From Alphaproteobacteria bacterium (GTDB taxonomy: Bacteria > Pseudomonadota > Alphaproteobacteria > JBBDQX01), in assembly GCA_965601735.1 (NCBI GenBank), contig OZ271840.1:910590-974589 (forward strand): 64,000 bases of DNA. Direction: 5' to 3'. A program made the position numbers and the translations under genes. This document shows positions 18,377-28,915 of this stretch, in pieces. Positions within the stretch are counted from its first letter, which is position 1, and each line of letters starts with the position of its first letter. The notes beneath the pieces were generated by a model that was not told the origin of the DNA, did no database searches, and was given only the letters and a program-made list of their open reading frames with translations.

Positions 18377-21184
18377 TCAGGCGTCCTCGCTGGCCGGGGC
18401 GGGCGAATCGCCCAGCGCGGCGCCAAGCGCCGTGCGGATTTGGGCCAGCTTGGTTTCATTGGCCACCTTCATGCCGAAGATGTCCTTGACGTAGAAGACG
18501 TCCACCGCGCGCTCACCGAAGGTCGCGACATGAGCCGAACCGATCTGCAGGCCAAGCCGGGTGAGTGTGTCGGTCACGTCGAAAAGCAGGCCCGGCCTGT
18601 CACGGCCGTTGACCTCGATGACCGTATGGTGGGCGCTGGCCTCATTGTCGATCATCACCCGGGGCCAGACAGTAAACGCGCTGGCACGCTTTGGCCCGGA
18701 AACGCGGTCGGCCAGCTTGGCGCGCAAGTCCACAGTGCCCGCCAGCGCCTTGGAAATCATCGCCGAAATACGCGCAATTCGGTACGGCTGGTCGATGGGC
18801 CCGCCATCAATGTCATGCACCCAGAAACTGTCCAGCGCCATCCCGTTTGTCATGGTGAAGATGCGTGCGTCCACCACCGTCGCGGAGCCGAGTGCCAGCG
18901 CTCCGGCAATTGCCGCGAACAAGCCAGGATGGCCAGTGGCGTAGACGGTCACTTCAGTCACGCCGCGGCTGCGGTCGACCCGGGTGTCGACACGCAGCGG
19001 CTGACCCTCGGCCTCGGCGCCGGCGATCAGCCGCAGATGTCGTCCATGGGCTGCTGGCTCGAAGGCCAGCCAGTAATTGGGATAGCCCAGCGCTGCGACC
19101 TCTTCGAATGCGGCGTCATCCCAGTCGGACAACTCGGCGCGCACAGCTTCCTTGATTTGCGCCACCCGTCGATCAATCCGCGCCGCCGTCATGCCGCCAA
19201 GAAGGGCATCCATCGCACGCTGAAACAGGTTGAGCAGCAGGGTGCCCTTCCAATTGTTCCACACGCCCTTACCCACTGCGTGGATATCCGCGACGGTCAG
19301 CAGCAAAAGCAGCCGGAGCCGCTCCGGTGACTGGACCTCGGCGACCAAGTCGCGGATGGTCTTGGGGTCTTCCACATCGCGCTTGGCCGCGAAATCGTTG
19401 AGCAACAAGTGCCGGCGCACCAGCCAGACCACGCTCTCTGTCTCCTCGGGCGCGAGGCCAAGCTGCGGACAAACCCGCGCTGCGATTTCAGCTCCGAGCT
19501 CTGAATGGTCGCCACCACGGCCCTTGGCGATGTCGTGCAACAGCATCGCCACATAGAGGACTCGCCGGGAGCTGATCTGCCGGAACTGGCCGAGGATGCC
19601 CTCCGACACATCACCGATGGTGCCCTTCTCCATCCGGTCGAGCATGGCGATGGCCCGGATCGTGTGCTCGTCCACCGTATAGTGGTGGTACATGTTGAAC
19701 TGCATCTGGCAAACGATGCGCCCGAAATCGGGCAGGAATCGGCCCAGTACACCCGCCTCGTTCATCCGCCTCAAGGTCGTGTCAGGCGCAATCCCGCCGG
19801 TGAGAATTTCGAGGAAGACGGCGCTGGCCTCCGGGTTCCGGCGCACCGACGCATCAAGGTGCTTTAGGTCTGCCGCCAGCCGGCGCAGCGCGGTCGGATG
19901 GATATCAAGCTGCCGCTCTCCCGACTCGCGAAAAAGGGTCAACATCAAAACCGGGTCGCGGACGAACGCATCGTCCTGGGCAACGGTGATCCAGTCGCCT
20001 TCGATCTGGAATGCTTCCGGCAGGTCCCAGCGCGCGCGCAGCCGGGGCATGCGCAGAAGCGGCGCGCGTTTTAGCTGCGCCTCCAGTCCAGCACACAGCA
20101 CCCGCGTCAAATTGCCGACCTGGCGCGCGGTCAGGAAGTAGTGCTTCATCAGCCGCTCAACGGCCCTGGTGCCGCGATGGCGTGTATACCCCATGCGGGT
20201 GGCGATGGCCTTCTGAGCGTCGAAGGTAAGCGTCTCCTCGGCTCGATTGGCCCAGAGATGCAGGTTGAACCGCAGGGTCCAGAAGAAGCCGTTGGCCTTG
20301 GTCACCGCCGCGGCCTCCTTGCGGGTCATCACGCCTGCCTCAACGAGCGCGGCCGGCGTTCGGGCGCCGTAGACGTAGCGCGCAATCCAATAGAGCGTGT
20401 GCAAGTCGCGGAGCCCGCCCTTGCCTTCCTTGATATTCGGCTCAAGCAGATAGCGGGTATCACCCATGGTACGGTGCCGCGTATCGCGCTCCGCGAGCTT
20501 CGCCTCGACGAAAGCGAGCGCCGTGCCTTCGATGACCTGGCTTTGAAAGGTCTCGGTGAATTCCTCAAACAGTGGCTTGTCCCCGGCAATCAGCCGGGCA
20601 TCGAGCAAGGTGGTGCGGATGGTCACATCGCCCCGCGCCGCGCGCACGCAATCGTCGGCAGAGCGGGTCGCGTGGCCGACTTTCAGGCCCAGGTCCCAGA
20701 GCATGTAAAGCACGTACTCGATCACCTGCTCGGCGCGCGGATTGACCTTGTAGGGTATGAGGAAAAGCAGATCGATATCCGACTTCGGGGCCATCTCGCC
20801 GCGGCCGTAGCCGCCAGTGGCGACCATGGCGATCCGGTCGGCGTCTATCGCCACCCCGACCGGGTAGACCCTGCGCAGTGTGAAGTCGCACAGAACTCCA
20901 AGCAGGCTATCGGTCATTCGCGCGGTGAGGCGTGCCGCTTCCAGTCCAGAAAGCCCAGCGTGGAAGCGTTCTGCAATCTCTGCCGCCGCGGCGTCATGGG
21001 CGCCGCGCAGAGCGTCAAGCACCTGCTTGCGGCCCGCGCCGGTGGCGGGGGAAGTTTCCGTGCGGATCTCCTCAAGCTGGGCAGCCAGTGCCGCCTCGTC
21101 GATCGGCCGCCGGCGCCGAAGCAATGGGGCGCCGCCCGCAGGCGCGAGGTCTTCCAACCGGCGTGCGGCGGCGCGGCTAGTCAT
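18377..21184 (-). CDS. glnD: [Protein-PII] uridylyltransferase / uridylyl-removing enzyme
   Basis: 935 aa with nucleotidyltransferase region (..[19 protein letters not shown]..), HD domain (..LLHDIAKG..) and two C-terminal ACT domains. Start overlaps the mutS stop (ATGA). Confidence 0.95.
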   Translation of the reverse strand: MTSRAAARRLEDLAPAGGAPLLRRRRPIDEAALAAQLEEIRTETSPATGAGRKQVLDALRGAHDAAAAEIAERFHAGLSGLEAARLTARMTDSLLGVLCDFTLRRVYPVGVAIDADRIAMVATGGYGRGEMAPKSDIDLLFLIPYKVNPRAEQVIEYVLYMLWDLGLKVGHATRSADDCVRAARGDVTIRTTLLDARLIAGDKPLFEEFTETFQSQVIEGTALAFVEAKLAERDTRHRTMGDTRYLLEPNIKEGKGGLRDLHTLYWIARYVYGARTPAALVEAGVMTRKEAAAVTKANGFFWTLRFNLHLWANRAEETLTFDAQKAIATRMGYTRHRGTRAVERLMKHYFLTARQVGNLTRVLCAGLEAQLKRAPLLRMPRLRARWDLPEAFQIEGDWITVAQDDAFVRDPVLMLTLFRESGERQLDIHPTALRRLAADLKHLDASVRRNPEASAVFLEILTGGIAPDTTLRRMNEAGVLGRFLPDFGRIVCQMQFNMYHHYTVDEHTIRAIAMLDRMEKGTIGDVSEGILGQFRQISSRRVLYVAMLLHDIAKGRGGDHSELGAEIAARVCPQLGLAPEETESVVWLVRRHLLLNDFAAKRDVEDPKTIRDLVAEVQSPERLRLLLLLTVADIHAVGKGVWNNWKGTLLLNLFQRAMDALLGGMTAARIDRRVAQIKEAVRAELSDWDDAAFEEVAALGYPNYWLAFEPAAHGRHLRLIAGAEAEGQPLRVDTRVDRSRGVTEVTVYATGHPGLFAAIAGALALGSATVVDARIFTMTNGMALDSFWVHDIDGGPIDQPYRIARISAMISKALAGTVDLRAKLADRVSGPKRASAFTVWPRVMIDNEASAHHTVIEVNGRDRPGLLFDVTDTLTRLGLQIGSAHVATFGERAVDVFYVKDIFGMKVANETKLAQIRTALGAALGDSPAPASEDA

Positions 21185-23898
21185 GCTTCGTCCTCGCCGG
21201 ACGCAAGCGCCTTGAGGCGGTACAGCAGGTCCAGTGCGCCCCGAGGCGTCAGCTCGTCTGGATTGACGCCCGCAAGCGCTGCCAGTGCTGGCTCAGCCTC
21301 TGTCTGTTCCACGGCCTGCCCGACGGGTGCGCTGGCAAACAAGGGCAGATCGTCGGCGAGGCGGGTCAGCGCGCCCGACGCCTCACCCTGCTCAAGAGTG
21401 TCGAGGACCGCCTCGGCGCGCGCCAGCACTGCAGGCGGCAGACCAGCGAGCCGCGCCACATGAATTCCGTAAGAACGGTCCGCCGCACCGGGTCCTACCT
21501 CGTGCAGGAAGATGACCTCTTCGCGCCATTCCTTGACCCGCATGGCATGACAGGACAGTGCGTCGAGCCGCGCCGCAAGGGCGGTCAGTTCGTGGTAATG
21601 CGTGGCGAACAGGGCTCGGCAACGCGTGGTCTCGTGCAAGCACTCCACCACCGCCCAGGCGATTGACAGGCCGTCATAGGTCGCCGTGCCGCGGCCGATC
21701 TCATCGAGGATGACCAGTGAGCGGTCTGTAGCCTGGTTCAGGATGGCGGCGGTTTCGACCATTTCCACCATGAATGTGGAGCGGCCGCGCGCCAGATCAT
21801 CGGCGGCCCCGACCCGCGAGAACACCCGGTCGACCACGCCGATCTCCGCCGCGGCGGCCGGTACAAAAGCGCCTGCCTGGGCAAGGATCGCAATTAACGC
21901 GTTTTGGCGTAGGAAGGTACTCTTGCCGGCCATGTTCGGCCCGGTGAGCAGCCAGAGCCGCTGAGCAGGATCAAGGTCGCAGTCGTTCGGTACGAAGCGC
22001 CCCGTGATCGATTGACCTGCGTCGCCGCCACCCACTTCAAGCGCTGCTTCGACCACCGCGTGCCGGCCCCCTGTCACCCGGAAGGTTCGGCTGTTATCGA
22101 CGGCCGGACGGCAATAGTCGCGGCGTGCTGCGAGCGCCGCCAGACCGCCGTCGACATCCAGGCGGGCTAGGGCATCCGCCGCGGAACCGATCTCGGTCGC
22201 TCGACCAGTGACCTCGCCCGATAAATCTGCAAACAGCTCAAGCTCAAGAGCCAGCGCCTTGTCGCCAGCGCTGGTGATGCGGCTCTCCAGCTCGCCGAGC
22301 TCCACCGTGGTGAACCGGACCGCGCTTGCCAGAGTCTGGCGGTGGATGAAGCGTTCGCCATCGGTGGGCATTTTCCCGGCATTCGCGGCGCTCACTTCGA
22401 CGAAATAGCCGAGCACGTTGTTATGACGCACCTTGAGTGACGCGATTCCGGTCTCATCGGCATAGCGTGCCTGCAACCCCGCGATCAGCTTGCGGCTAGC
22501 ATCGCGCAAGGTGCGCAACTCATCCAGTTGGGGCGCGTAAGACGGGGCGATAAAGCCGCCGTCACGGGCCAGTAACGGCAGGCTAGGTCCCAGCGCCCGG
22601 TCTAAGCGGTCGCGCAGGGTATCGTGTTCACCAAGATCGCGGGCGGCCTCCAACAGCAACTGAGGCAGGGCTTCATCCTTGCTCAGCCGCGCCCGTAGCG
22701 CGCCCGCCGCCGTAAGACCGTCACGGATCGCTGCCAGATCGCGGGGTCCGCCGCGCCCCAGTGTCAGCCGCGACAGGGCGCGGGCCATGTCAGGGGTGCC
22801 TCGCAATGCATCGCGTACGTCGTCGCGCAGCGCCGCGTCTGCGACCAGCGCCTGCACGGCATCAAGCCGCGCATTAATCGCATCCGGCTCGGTTAAAGGC
22901 GCACCGAGGCGCGCCGCCAGAAGCCGGGCCCCTGGACCGGTCACAGTCTCGTCGGTAACGCCGAGCAAGCTGCCGACGCGATTGCCGTCGAGGGTCCGGA
23001 CCAGTTCCAGATTGCGGCGGGTCGCAGGGTCGATCTCAAGTACGGCTGACGCGCCGAACCGCGTAAGCGGCTGCAGTCGGGGAAGCCGCCCTACTTGGGT
23101 CAGCTCGACGTAATCCAGCAGCGCGCCTGCGGCAGCGACTTCCGCACGACCGAAGTCACCGTAGGCATCAAGGGTGCCGACGCCATAGAAGTCCTGCAGG
23201 CGCGCCTGCGCGTTGGCACTGTCGAAGCGGCTGGACGGCAGCGGTGTGGTAATCTCGGACCACTCGGCCAGCGCACCCGCGGTCTCGGACCGTCCCGTCA
23301 GTCGTTCGGGCTGGATCAATTCGCGTGGGGCGAGGCGCGCTAAGGCAGCCGCCAGTCCGTCTGCCGCGACGGGCTGAACGGTGAACTCCCCCGTCGACAG
23401 CTCTAGCCATGCAAGACCCAGGGAGCCCTGAGCATCCGCGAGGGCTGCCAGATAGTTGCTTTCACGGGCTTCCAGCAAGCTGTCTTCGGTGAGCGTCCCC
23501 GGCGTCACGATCCGGACCACTTCCCGGTTAACCAACGCCTTGGCACCGGCGCGCTTGCGCGCCGCAGCCGGATCCTCGGTCTGTTCGACAATCGCCACGC
23601 GAAAGCCTTTGCGAATCAGTCGGGCGAGGTATCCGTCGCAGGCATGCACCGGTACCCCGCACATGGGCACATCCTTGCCCGCATGCTTGCCGCGCTTGGT
23701 CAGCGCGATATCCAGAGCTTCTGCGGCCTTCTCGGCATCTTCAAAAAACAGCTCGTAGAAGTCCCCCATCCGGTAAAACAGCATGCAATCGGGATGCGCG
23801 GCCTTGAGGCCCAGATACTGCGCCATCATCGGCGTCGCGCCCTTGTCAGCGGTCGTCGGATCGGCTTTGGGCGGCGTCATGTCGTCTGCTGGAGTCAC
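21181..23898 (-). CDS. mutS: DNA mismatch repair protein MutS
   Basis: ..TPMMAQYL..K......[13 protein letters not shown].. N-terminus, Walker [14 protein letters not shown], ..STFMVEM.. and ..[14 protein letters not shown].. Confidence 0.97.
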   Translation of the reverse strand: MTPADDMTPPKADPTTADKGATPMMAQYLGLKAAHPDCMLFYRMGDFYELFFEDAEKAAEALDIALTKRGKHAGKDVPMCGVPVHACDGYLARLIRKGFRVAIVEQTEDPAAARKRAGAKALVNREVVRIVTPGTLTEDSLLEARESNYLAALADAQGSLGLAWLELSTGEFTVQPVAADGLAAALARLAPRELIQPERLTGRSETAGALAEWSEITTPLPSSRFDSANAQARLQDFYGVGTLDAYGDFGRAEVAAAGALLDYVELTQVGRLPRLQPLTRFGASAVLEIDPATRRNLELVRTLDGNRVGSLLGVTDETVTGPGARLLAARLGAPLTEPDAINARLDAVQALVADAALRDDVRDALRGTPDMARALSRLTLGRGGPRDLAAIRDGLTAAGALRARLSKDEALPQLLLEAARDLGEHDTLRDRLDRALGPSLPLLARDGGFIAPSYAPQLDELRTLRDASRKLIAGLQARYADETGIASLKVRHNNVLGYFVEVSAANAGKMPTDGERFIHRQTLASAVRFTTVELGELESRITSAGDKALALELELFADLSGEVTGRATEIGSAADALARLDVDGGLAALAARRDYCRPAVDNSRTFRVTGGRHAVVEAALEVGGGDAGQSITGRFVPNDCDLDPAQRLWLLTGPNMAGKSTFLRQNALIAILAQAGAFVPAAAAEIGVVDRVFSRVGAADDLARGRSTFMVEMVETAAILNQATDRSLVILDEIGRGTATYDGLSIAWAVVECLHETTRCRALFATHYHELTALAARLDALSCHAMRVKEWREEVIFLHEVGPGAADRSYGIHVARLAGLPPAVLARAEAVLDTLEQGEASGALTRLADDLPLFASAPVGQAVEQTEAEPALAALAGVNPDELTPRGALDLLYRLKALASGEDEA

Positions 23899-23975
23899 GA
23901 TGTTGCGCTCGGAAAAGGCACCTCAGACAGCCTACCACGGGGCGCCGCCCCGCCTGCAACGCGCCGCGACGCACT

Positions 23976-24003
23976 TTGACATCCCCTGTTGCTGCGTCAT
24001 TAT
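23976..24003 (+). promoter_or_regulatory. Candidate sigma70-type promoter for maeB
   Basis: Perfect TTGACA (23976..23981), 16-nt spacer, CATTAT (23998..24003). This would give a leader of about 105 nt that contains the 14-bp GC palindrome gggcagcgctgccc (24077..24090). Confidence 0.4.
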
Positions 24004-24115
24004 GACCTTGAAAGCCGCACGGCCCGCGCCTTTCAGGCTATCGGGCCGAAGCGCGCGCGTATGGAGGAACCGTGCCTGGGCAGCGCTGCCCGGCCAAGAG
24101 AAGGGGCGCTGAGCC

Positions 24116-26434
24116 ATGCCCGAGAGAGCCAACGCCAAATCCGTTGAGCGGGATGCGCTGGAGATGCACGCGTCGGGTCGACCCGGCAAGATCGCGCTGC
24201 ATATCACCAAGCCGCTACTGACCCAGCGCGATCTGACCCTCGCCTATTCACCGGGCGTCGCGGCCCCCTGCCTCAAGATCGCCGAGGATCCGGGGACCGC
24301 GTACGACTACACCGCCAAAGGCAACACCGTTGCGGTCATCTCGAACGGCACGGCGGTTTTGGGTCTGGGCAACCTGGGTGCGCTGGCATCGAAGCCTGTG
24401 ATGGAAGGCAAGGCGGTGCTTTTCAAGCGCTTTGCGGACATAGACGGCATCGATATTGAGATCGGCACAGAAGATGTCGACGAATTCATCGAGGCAGTAC
24501 GCCATCTTGGGCCGAGCTTCGGCGGCATCAACCTGGAAGACATCAAGGCCCCGGGCTGCTTCATCATCGAGCAGCGCCTGCGCGAACTGATGGATATCCC
24601 CGTCTTCCATGACGACCAGCACGGCACCGCGATCATCACCGCAGCGGGGCTGATCAACGCGCTCGACCTGACCGGGCGCAAGCTGGCGGACACAAAGATG
24701 GTCGTGAACGGCGCGGGCTCGGCATCGATTGCCTGTGTCGAGCTGATCAAGAGCATGGGCGCGCCCGCTGAGAACATCATCATGTGCGACACCCGCGGTG
24801 TGATCTACCGGGGCCGCGAAGACGGCATGAACCAGTGGAAATCGGCCCACGCAGTCGACACGCCCCTGCGAAGCCTGGAAGACGCCCTGAAAGGCGCAGA
24901 CGTCATGATCGGCCTGTCGGTCAAGGGCGCCGTGAGCCGGGAGATGGTCGCCTCAATGGCCAAGCAGCCGATCATCTTCGCTATGGCCAACCCGGACCCT
25001 GAGATCACACCTGAAGATGTTGCCGAAGTGCGCGACGACGCGATCATGGCTACGGGCCGGTCGGATTATCCGAACCAGGTAAACAACGTACTGGGCTTCC
25101 CCTACATCTTCCGTGGTGCGCTGGATGTGAGGGCATCGACCATAAACGACGAGATGAAGATCGCCGCGGTCAACGCCATCGCCGAACTGGCGCGTCAGGA
25201 TGTCCCCGACGAGGTGGACGCGGCCTATTCGGGGCGCCGCTTGCGGTACGGGCCGGAGTATCTGATCCCGGTACCGTTTGATCCCCGGCTGATCACCGAT
25301 GTCCCTCCCGCGGTGGCCCGCGCGGCGATGGACAGCGGGGTCGCTCAGAAAGAGATCACCGATTGGGACGAGTACACGCTGGAACTGAGAGCACGCCTCG
25401 ACCCGACCGCCTCAAGCATGCAGGCCATCGGGCGCCGGGTCCGCTCAGAGGGCGGCCGGGTCGTCTTTGCAGAGGGCGAGGAGGCCAAGGTGATTCGTGC
25501 GGCATTGGCATTCCGCAGCGCGGGTTACGGTACGCCCGTGCTCATCGGCCGGGAAGATCGAATCCGCGACACGCTTGACGCTCTCGGCCTTGGCACCTCG
25601 GCCGACCTCGAAATCCAAAATGCGCGGATTTCAGATTCCAACGATGACTACGCAGAGGCGCTCTATGAGCGTCAGCAACGACGCGGGCTGCTGCGCCGGG
25701 ATTGCCAGCGCCTGGTCAACCAGAACCGCAACGTTTTCGGCGCCTGCATGATTGATGCCGGCCACGCCGACGCCATGGTTACGGGCCTGACCCGCAACTA
25801 TCACGTGGCGTTGCAAGAGGTGACACAGGTGCTGCAACCGCAGCCGGCCTGCCCCCTGTTCGGGATGACTATGGTGATCGCGCCAGGTCGCACGGTGTTT
25901 ATTTCGGATACGGCGGTGCAGGCAAACCCCTCCGTTTCGGAGATTGCCGACACCGCAATCCAGACCGCCGCAGCGGCGCGACGATTCGGCCATGTGCCAC
26001 GGGTGGCACTAATTTCCTTCTCGAACTTTGGCAACCCGCAGCGCACCGACGACCACAGCATGCGCGACGTGGTGGAGGAACTGGACCGGCGCAATGTGGA
26101 CTTTGAGTACGACGGCGAAATGGCGCCAGACGTCGCGCTTACCCCTGAGCTCATGTCCGTCTATCCGTTCTGCCGCCTGTCGGGGCCAGCCAACGTGCTG
26201 GTTATGCCGGGTCTGCACAGCGCTCATATCTCTGCGGCGCTGGTCGGAGCGCTCGGCGGGGCGACAGTTGTAGGCCCGCTGCTGATGGGCCTGGAGAAAC
26301 CCGTCCAGATTTGCCAGATGAACGCGACGGTTTCGGAAATCGTCCAGATGGCTTCAATTGCCGCGCACGATGCGTTGCCCGATGTTGCCCTGGACGAATC
26401 CGTATCGAGCGCTATCGCGTCGACCGCCAGTTAG
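24116..26434 (+). CDS. maeB: NADP-dependent malic enzyme (malic enzyme domain fused to an inactive phosphotransacetylase-like domain)
   Basis: 772 aa: ..DLTLAYSPGVA.., ..VISNGTAVLGLGNLG.., ..FGGINLEDIKAP.., then a long PTA-like C-terminal half. Confidence 0.95.
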   Translation: MPERANAKSVERDALEMHASGRPGKIALHITKPLLTQRDLTLAYSPGVAAPCLKIAEDPGTAYDYTAKGNTVAVISNGTAVLGLGNLGALASKPVMEGKAVLFKRFADIDGIDIEIGTEDVDEFIEAVRHLGPSFGGINLEDIKAPGCFIIEQRLRELMDIPVFHDDQHGTAIITAAGLINALDLTGRKLADTKMVVNGAGSASIACVELIKSMGAPAENIIMCDTRGVIYRGREDGMNQWKSAHAVDTPLRSLEDALKGADVMIGLSVKGAVSREMVASMAKQPIIFAMANPDPEITPEDVAEVRDDAIMATGRSDYPNQVNNVLGFPYIFRGALDVRASTINDEMKIAAVNAIAELARQDVPDEVDAAYSGRRLRYGPEYLIPVPFDPRLITDVPPAVARAAMDSGVAQKEITDWDEYTLELRARLDPTASSMQAIGRRVRSEGGRVVFAEGEEAKVIRAALAFRSAGYGTPVLIGREDRIRDTLDALGLGTSADLEIQNARISDSNDDYAEALYERQQRRGLLRRDCQRLVNQNRNVFGACMIDAGHADAMVTGLTRNYHVALQEVTQVLQPQPACPLFGMTMVIAPGRTVFISDTAVQANPSVSEIADTAIQTAAAARRFGHVPRVALISFSNFGNPQRTDDHSMRDVVEELDRRNVDFEYDGEMAPDVALTPELMSVYPFCRLSGPANVLVMPGLHSAHISAALVGALGGATVVGPLLMGLEKPVQICQMNATVSEIVQMASIAAHDALPDVALDESVSSAIASTAS

Positions 26435-27363
26435 GACGCTGCGCGCAGGACGATCCGGCGGACGGTGAAATCGCCTCCGCCATTGCGTAGAAACACCCCC
26501 TCCCAGGCATCCCGGAAGCTGCGGTCGCTGCCACGCATCAGCTGCTGGCCATCAACAGTGACAGTCATGCTGCCCTGATCGCCGCGGGTCCACTGCAGGG
26601 AATGCAATTTGCCTGGTTCCAGCCTTAGCTGGCGGATCGCAGTGTCGATGACGGCGTCGCCGCGCGCGCCGACCCGGCTGAGGACAAGAGATGGGCGCTC
26701 CCCCGGCAACAGGGAAAGCCGATAGCCAGGCCCCGGCGTGACGCCCTGGAAGACGCCAACCTCAAACGTCCCTTTTTCATTGCCAGTCCAGAACTCCATC
26801 TCAATGGAGAAACCGTTGCCGGCGCGCAGCCGGGTGTGGATCAGCGCATCAGTCGCCACCGGCTTGGCAGGTGTAGCAGTGCCGCCACCGGTCTTGCTCT
26901 CGATGACCTGTTGCAGGATGGCACCGAGAATCTGCTCGGCGCCCGGTGGCTGTCCGCCGTCACTGGCGGCCGCCGCGGCGTCGGGCGGCGGGTTGACGAT
27001 GCTGCGCAGACCGTAGCCGCGTTCGATGAAGAACTCCCCGCGCGCGACCGTCCAGGCCGGATCCCGGAGGTAATCGCCGTCGGCAAAGCTCTCAGAAAGG
27101 ACCGCACGCCGCGGCAGCCCGTCATGGCGATCGGCCAGCGCCCGCAGGTCATCCAGAAAGGCGGGGCTGGCCGCGCGGTCCCGTTCGGCTCGCTCGATCA
27201 GCGCGCGAAGGTCACGCAAGAGCTCGGTACTGTGGGATGGGTCTCCCGGCCATGGCGCGTAGCGCGGCTCCGCATGCTGGGCGTTGCCAGACGAGGACAT
27301 GACCATCAGCAGGAGCGCGGCGGCAAGGGCGCGGGTCGGGATGCAGCGCGAATATGACGACAT
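26431..27363 (-). CDS. Exported protein of unknown function (signal peptide, helical region, beta-rich C-terminal domain)
   Basis: Taken from the 557-aa ORF 26431..28104, trimmed to ATG 27363 (MSSYSRCIPTRALAAALLLMVMSSSGNAQ), which is preceded by GGAG. The upstream part of the track ORF is antisense to phoR and low-complexity. Confidence 0.6.
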   Translation of the reverse strand: MSSYSRCIPTRALAAALLLMVMSSSGNAQHAEPRYAPWPGDPSHSTELLRDLRALIERAERDRAASPAFLDDLRALADRHDGLPRRAVLSESFADGDYLRDPAWTVARGEFFIERGYGLRSIVNPPPDAAAAASDGGQPPGAEQILGAILQQVIESKTGGGTATPAKPVATDALIHTRLRAGNGFSIEMEFWTGNEKGTFEVGVFQGVTPGPGYRLSLLPGERPSLVLSRVGARGDAVIDTAIRQLRLEPGKLHSLQWTRGDQGSMTVTVDGQQLMRGSDRSFRDAWEGVFLRNGGGDFTVRRIVLRAAS

Positions 27364-27403
27364 AGGGACATCTCCTTCCGGCCCATGAACCGTATGGGGG
27401 CAT

Positions 27404-28906
27404 ATGTTACAATGGCCGTTCCACACAGGTCGAACCGCGCAACCCCGGCAGACGGCGACAACCGTGCCCGAAGTGGAAAGCGAACAGCCAGCAGTCCCTC
27501 TAACCGCCGTCCTTTCGGTAACGACGAAGCTTGCCTTCGTACCTGCGGCCGTCCTGATCGGCTTGGCAGGATTCGATGCCTTGGACTGGCGGATGGCACT
27601 AGGCGGTCTGGCTATCGTGGTGGGCGCCGCCGTGGTGTCGGCGCGCCTGTGGCTTTCGGACGTCAATCGCGCTGCCTTCCTATTGCAGCGGCTGCGCGAG
27701 AGCGGCGTAGCAGAGTCAGCTGTCGCGCAGCTGCCTTCAAGCGCACCGCTGTTCAGCGGCATCCTGCAGGTTGGACGGGCTTGGCAGGAAGATAGCGATG
27801 CCCTGCGCGAGCGCTTGTCGGCATCGGAGACAGCGCTGGAGCGGCTGCCAGACCCACTATTGGTGATCGATACAGACAGGCGGGTGGTGCGCGCTAATGC
27901 CGCGGCGAGCCGGTTGCTGGGCGATGGACTCCTAGGCCGCGACCTTGGTGCGACCCTACGCGACCCCTCTGTACTTGCCGCGGTCGACGGCGCGGTCACA
28001 CAGCACAGTGAGACTGATGTTGATTTTGATCTGCCGGTACCTGTGGAGCGGCAGTTCATAGCCCGCGTTCGCGCCCTGCCTGCGCCGATGGCGGACGGCG
28101 GCATCGTGGTGCTGACGCTCTATGACGTGACTGCGATGAAGCGCTCTGAGCAGATGCGGGCCGACTTCGTCGCGAATGCGAGCCATGAGCTGCGCACACC
28201 GCTTGCCGCGCTGATCGGTTATATCGAAACCCTGCGCGGCCCGGCCGCCGGGGATACGGAGGCCCAAGACCGTTTCCTCGCCATTATGGGCGAGCAGGCG
28301 GATCGCATGTCCCGCCTGGTGGACGACCTGCTGTCCCTGTCCCGCATTGAGCTGAACGAGCACAGCGCGCCGGTCGACCCCGTCGCCGTCGACAAGATCG
28401 CTCTCAAGGCCGCCGAAGTACTCGAACTGCGGGCCCGGCAGAGAGGCGTCACCATCGATGTAGAGTTGGGCGCTGGCTTGCCGCCGATTGCGGGCGACGA
28501 ATACGAACTGATGCAGGTGTTCCAGAACCTGATCGACAATGCCATCAAGTATGGAGACCAAGGTTCAACCATCCGGGTCGCTGTCGGCCGGGTCGAGGAC
28601 CGTGCCGGCGACGCCAGCCCGCGCCACAGCAAGTGGCAGGTTTATGCCTCGGTCACTGATCAGGGGGAGGGCATCCCACGCGAGCATATCCCCCGGCTGA
28701 CTGAGCGGTTCTACCGAGTCGACGCGGCACGGTCGCGCGAACTGGGCGGCACCGGACTGGGCCTAGCTATCGTGAAGCATATCCTCAACCGGCACCGGGG
28801 GACGCTGGCCATCGATAGTGAGGTTGGTGAGGGCAGCACCTTCACAGCTTACTTCCCCGCCGCGCGCGAACGCGCCGAATTGCCTGCGAGCGATGCCGCA
28901 GATTGA
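27404..28906 (+). CDS. phoR: PhoR-type sensor histidine kinase (2 TM, PAS, HisKA, HATPase)
   Basis: ..RADFVANASHELRTPLAALIGYIETL.., ..LLSLSRIE.. (PhoR-like), N box ..NLIDNAIKY.., G boxes ..DQGEGI.. and ..GGTGLGLAIVKHI... Start ambiguous (ATG 27404 or GTG 27464). No response regulator or pst genes are adjacent. Confidence 0.82.
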   Translation: MLQWPFHTGRTAQPRQTATTVPEVESEQPAVPLTAVLSVTTKLAFVPAAVLIGLAGFDALDWRMALGGLAIVVGAAVVSARLWLSDVNRAAFLLQRLRESGVAESAVAQLPSSAPLFSGILQVGRAWQEDSDALRERLSASETALERLPDPLLVIDTDRRVVRANAAASRLLGDGLLGRDLGATLRDPSVLAAVDGAVTQHSETDVDFDLPVPVERQFIARVRALPAPMADGGIVVLTLYDVTAMKRSEQMRADFVANASHELRTPLAALIGYIETLRGPAAGDTEAQDRFLAIMGEQADRMSRLVDDLLSLSRIELNEHSAPVDPVAVDKIALKAAEVLELRARQRGVTIDVELGAGLPPIAGDEYELMQVFQNLIDNAIKYGDQGSTIRVAVGRVEDRAGDASPRHSKWQVYASVTDQGEGIPREHIPRLTERFYRVDAARSRELGGTGLGLAIVKHILNRHRGTLAIDSEVGEGSTFTAYFPAARERAELPASDAAD

Positions 28907-28915
28907 TCGGCCGCT

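Noticed and set aside
20141-21463. 440-aa plus-strand ORF antisense to glnD/mutS. Similar long antisense or shifted ORFs include 13858..14778, 14742..15794, 55819..57036, 17566..18459 and 5671..6552.
   Set aside because: Their products are low-complexity and rich in Arg/Ala/Gly/Pro, typical of stop-poor alternative frames in high-GC DNA. Each is fully covered by a well-supported conserved gene in another frame.
27364-28104. N-terminal 247 aa of the 557-aa minus-strand ORF 26431..28104
   Set aside because: This part is antisense to phoR and is Ser/Arg/Ala-rich with no domain-like pattern. A good internal ATG (27363) has a GGAG and an immediately following signal peptide, which gives a sensible 310-aa exported protein.
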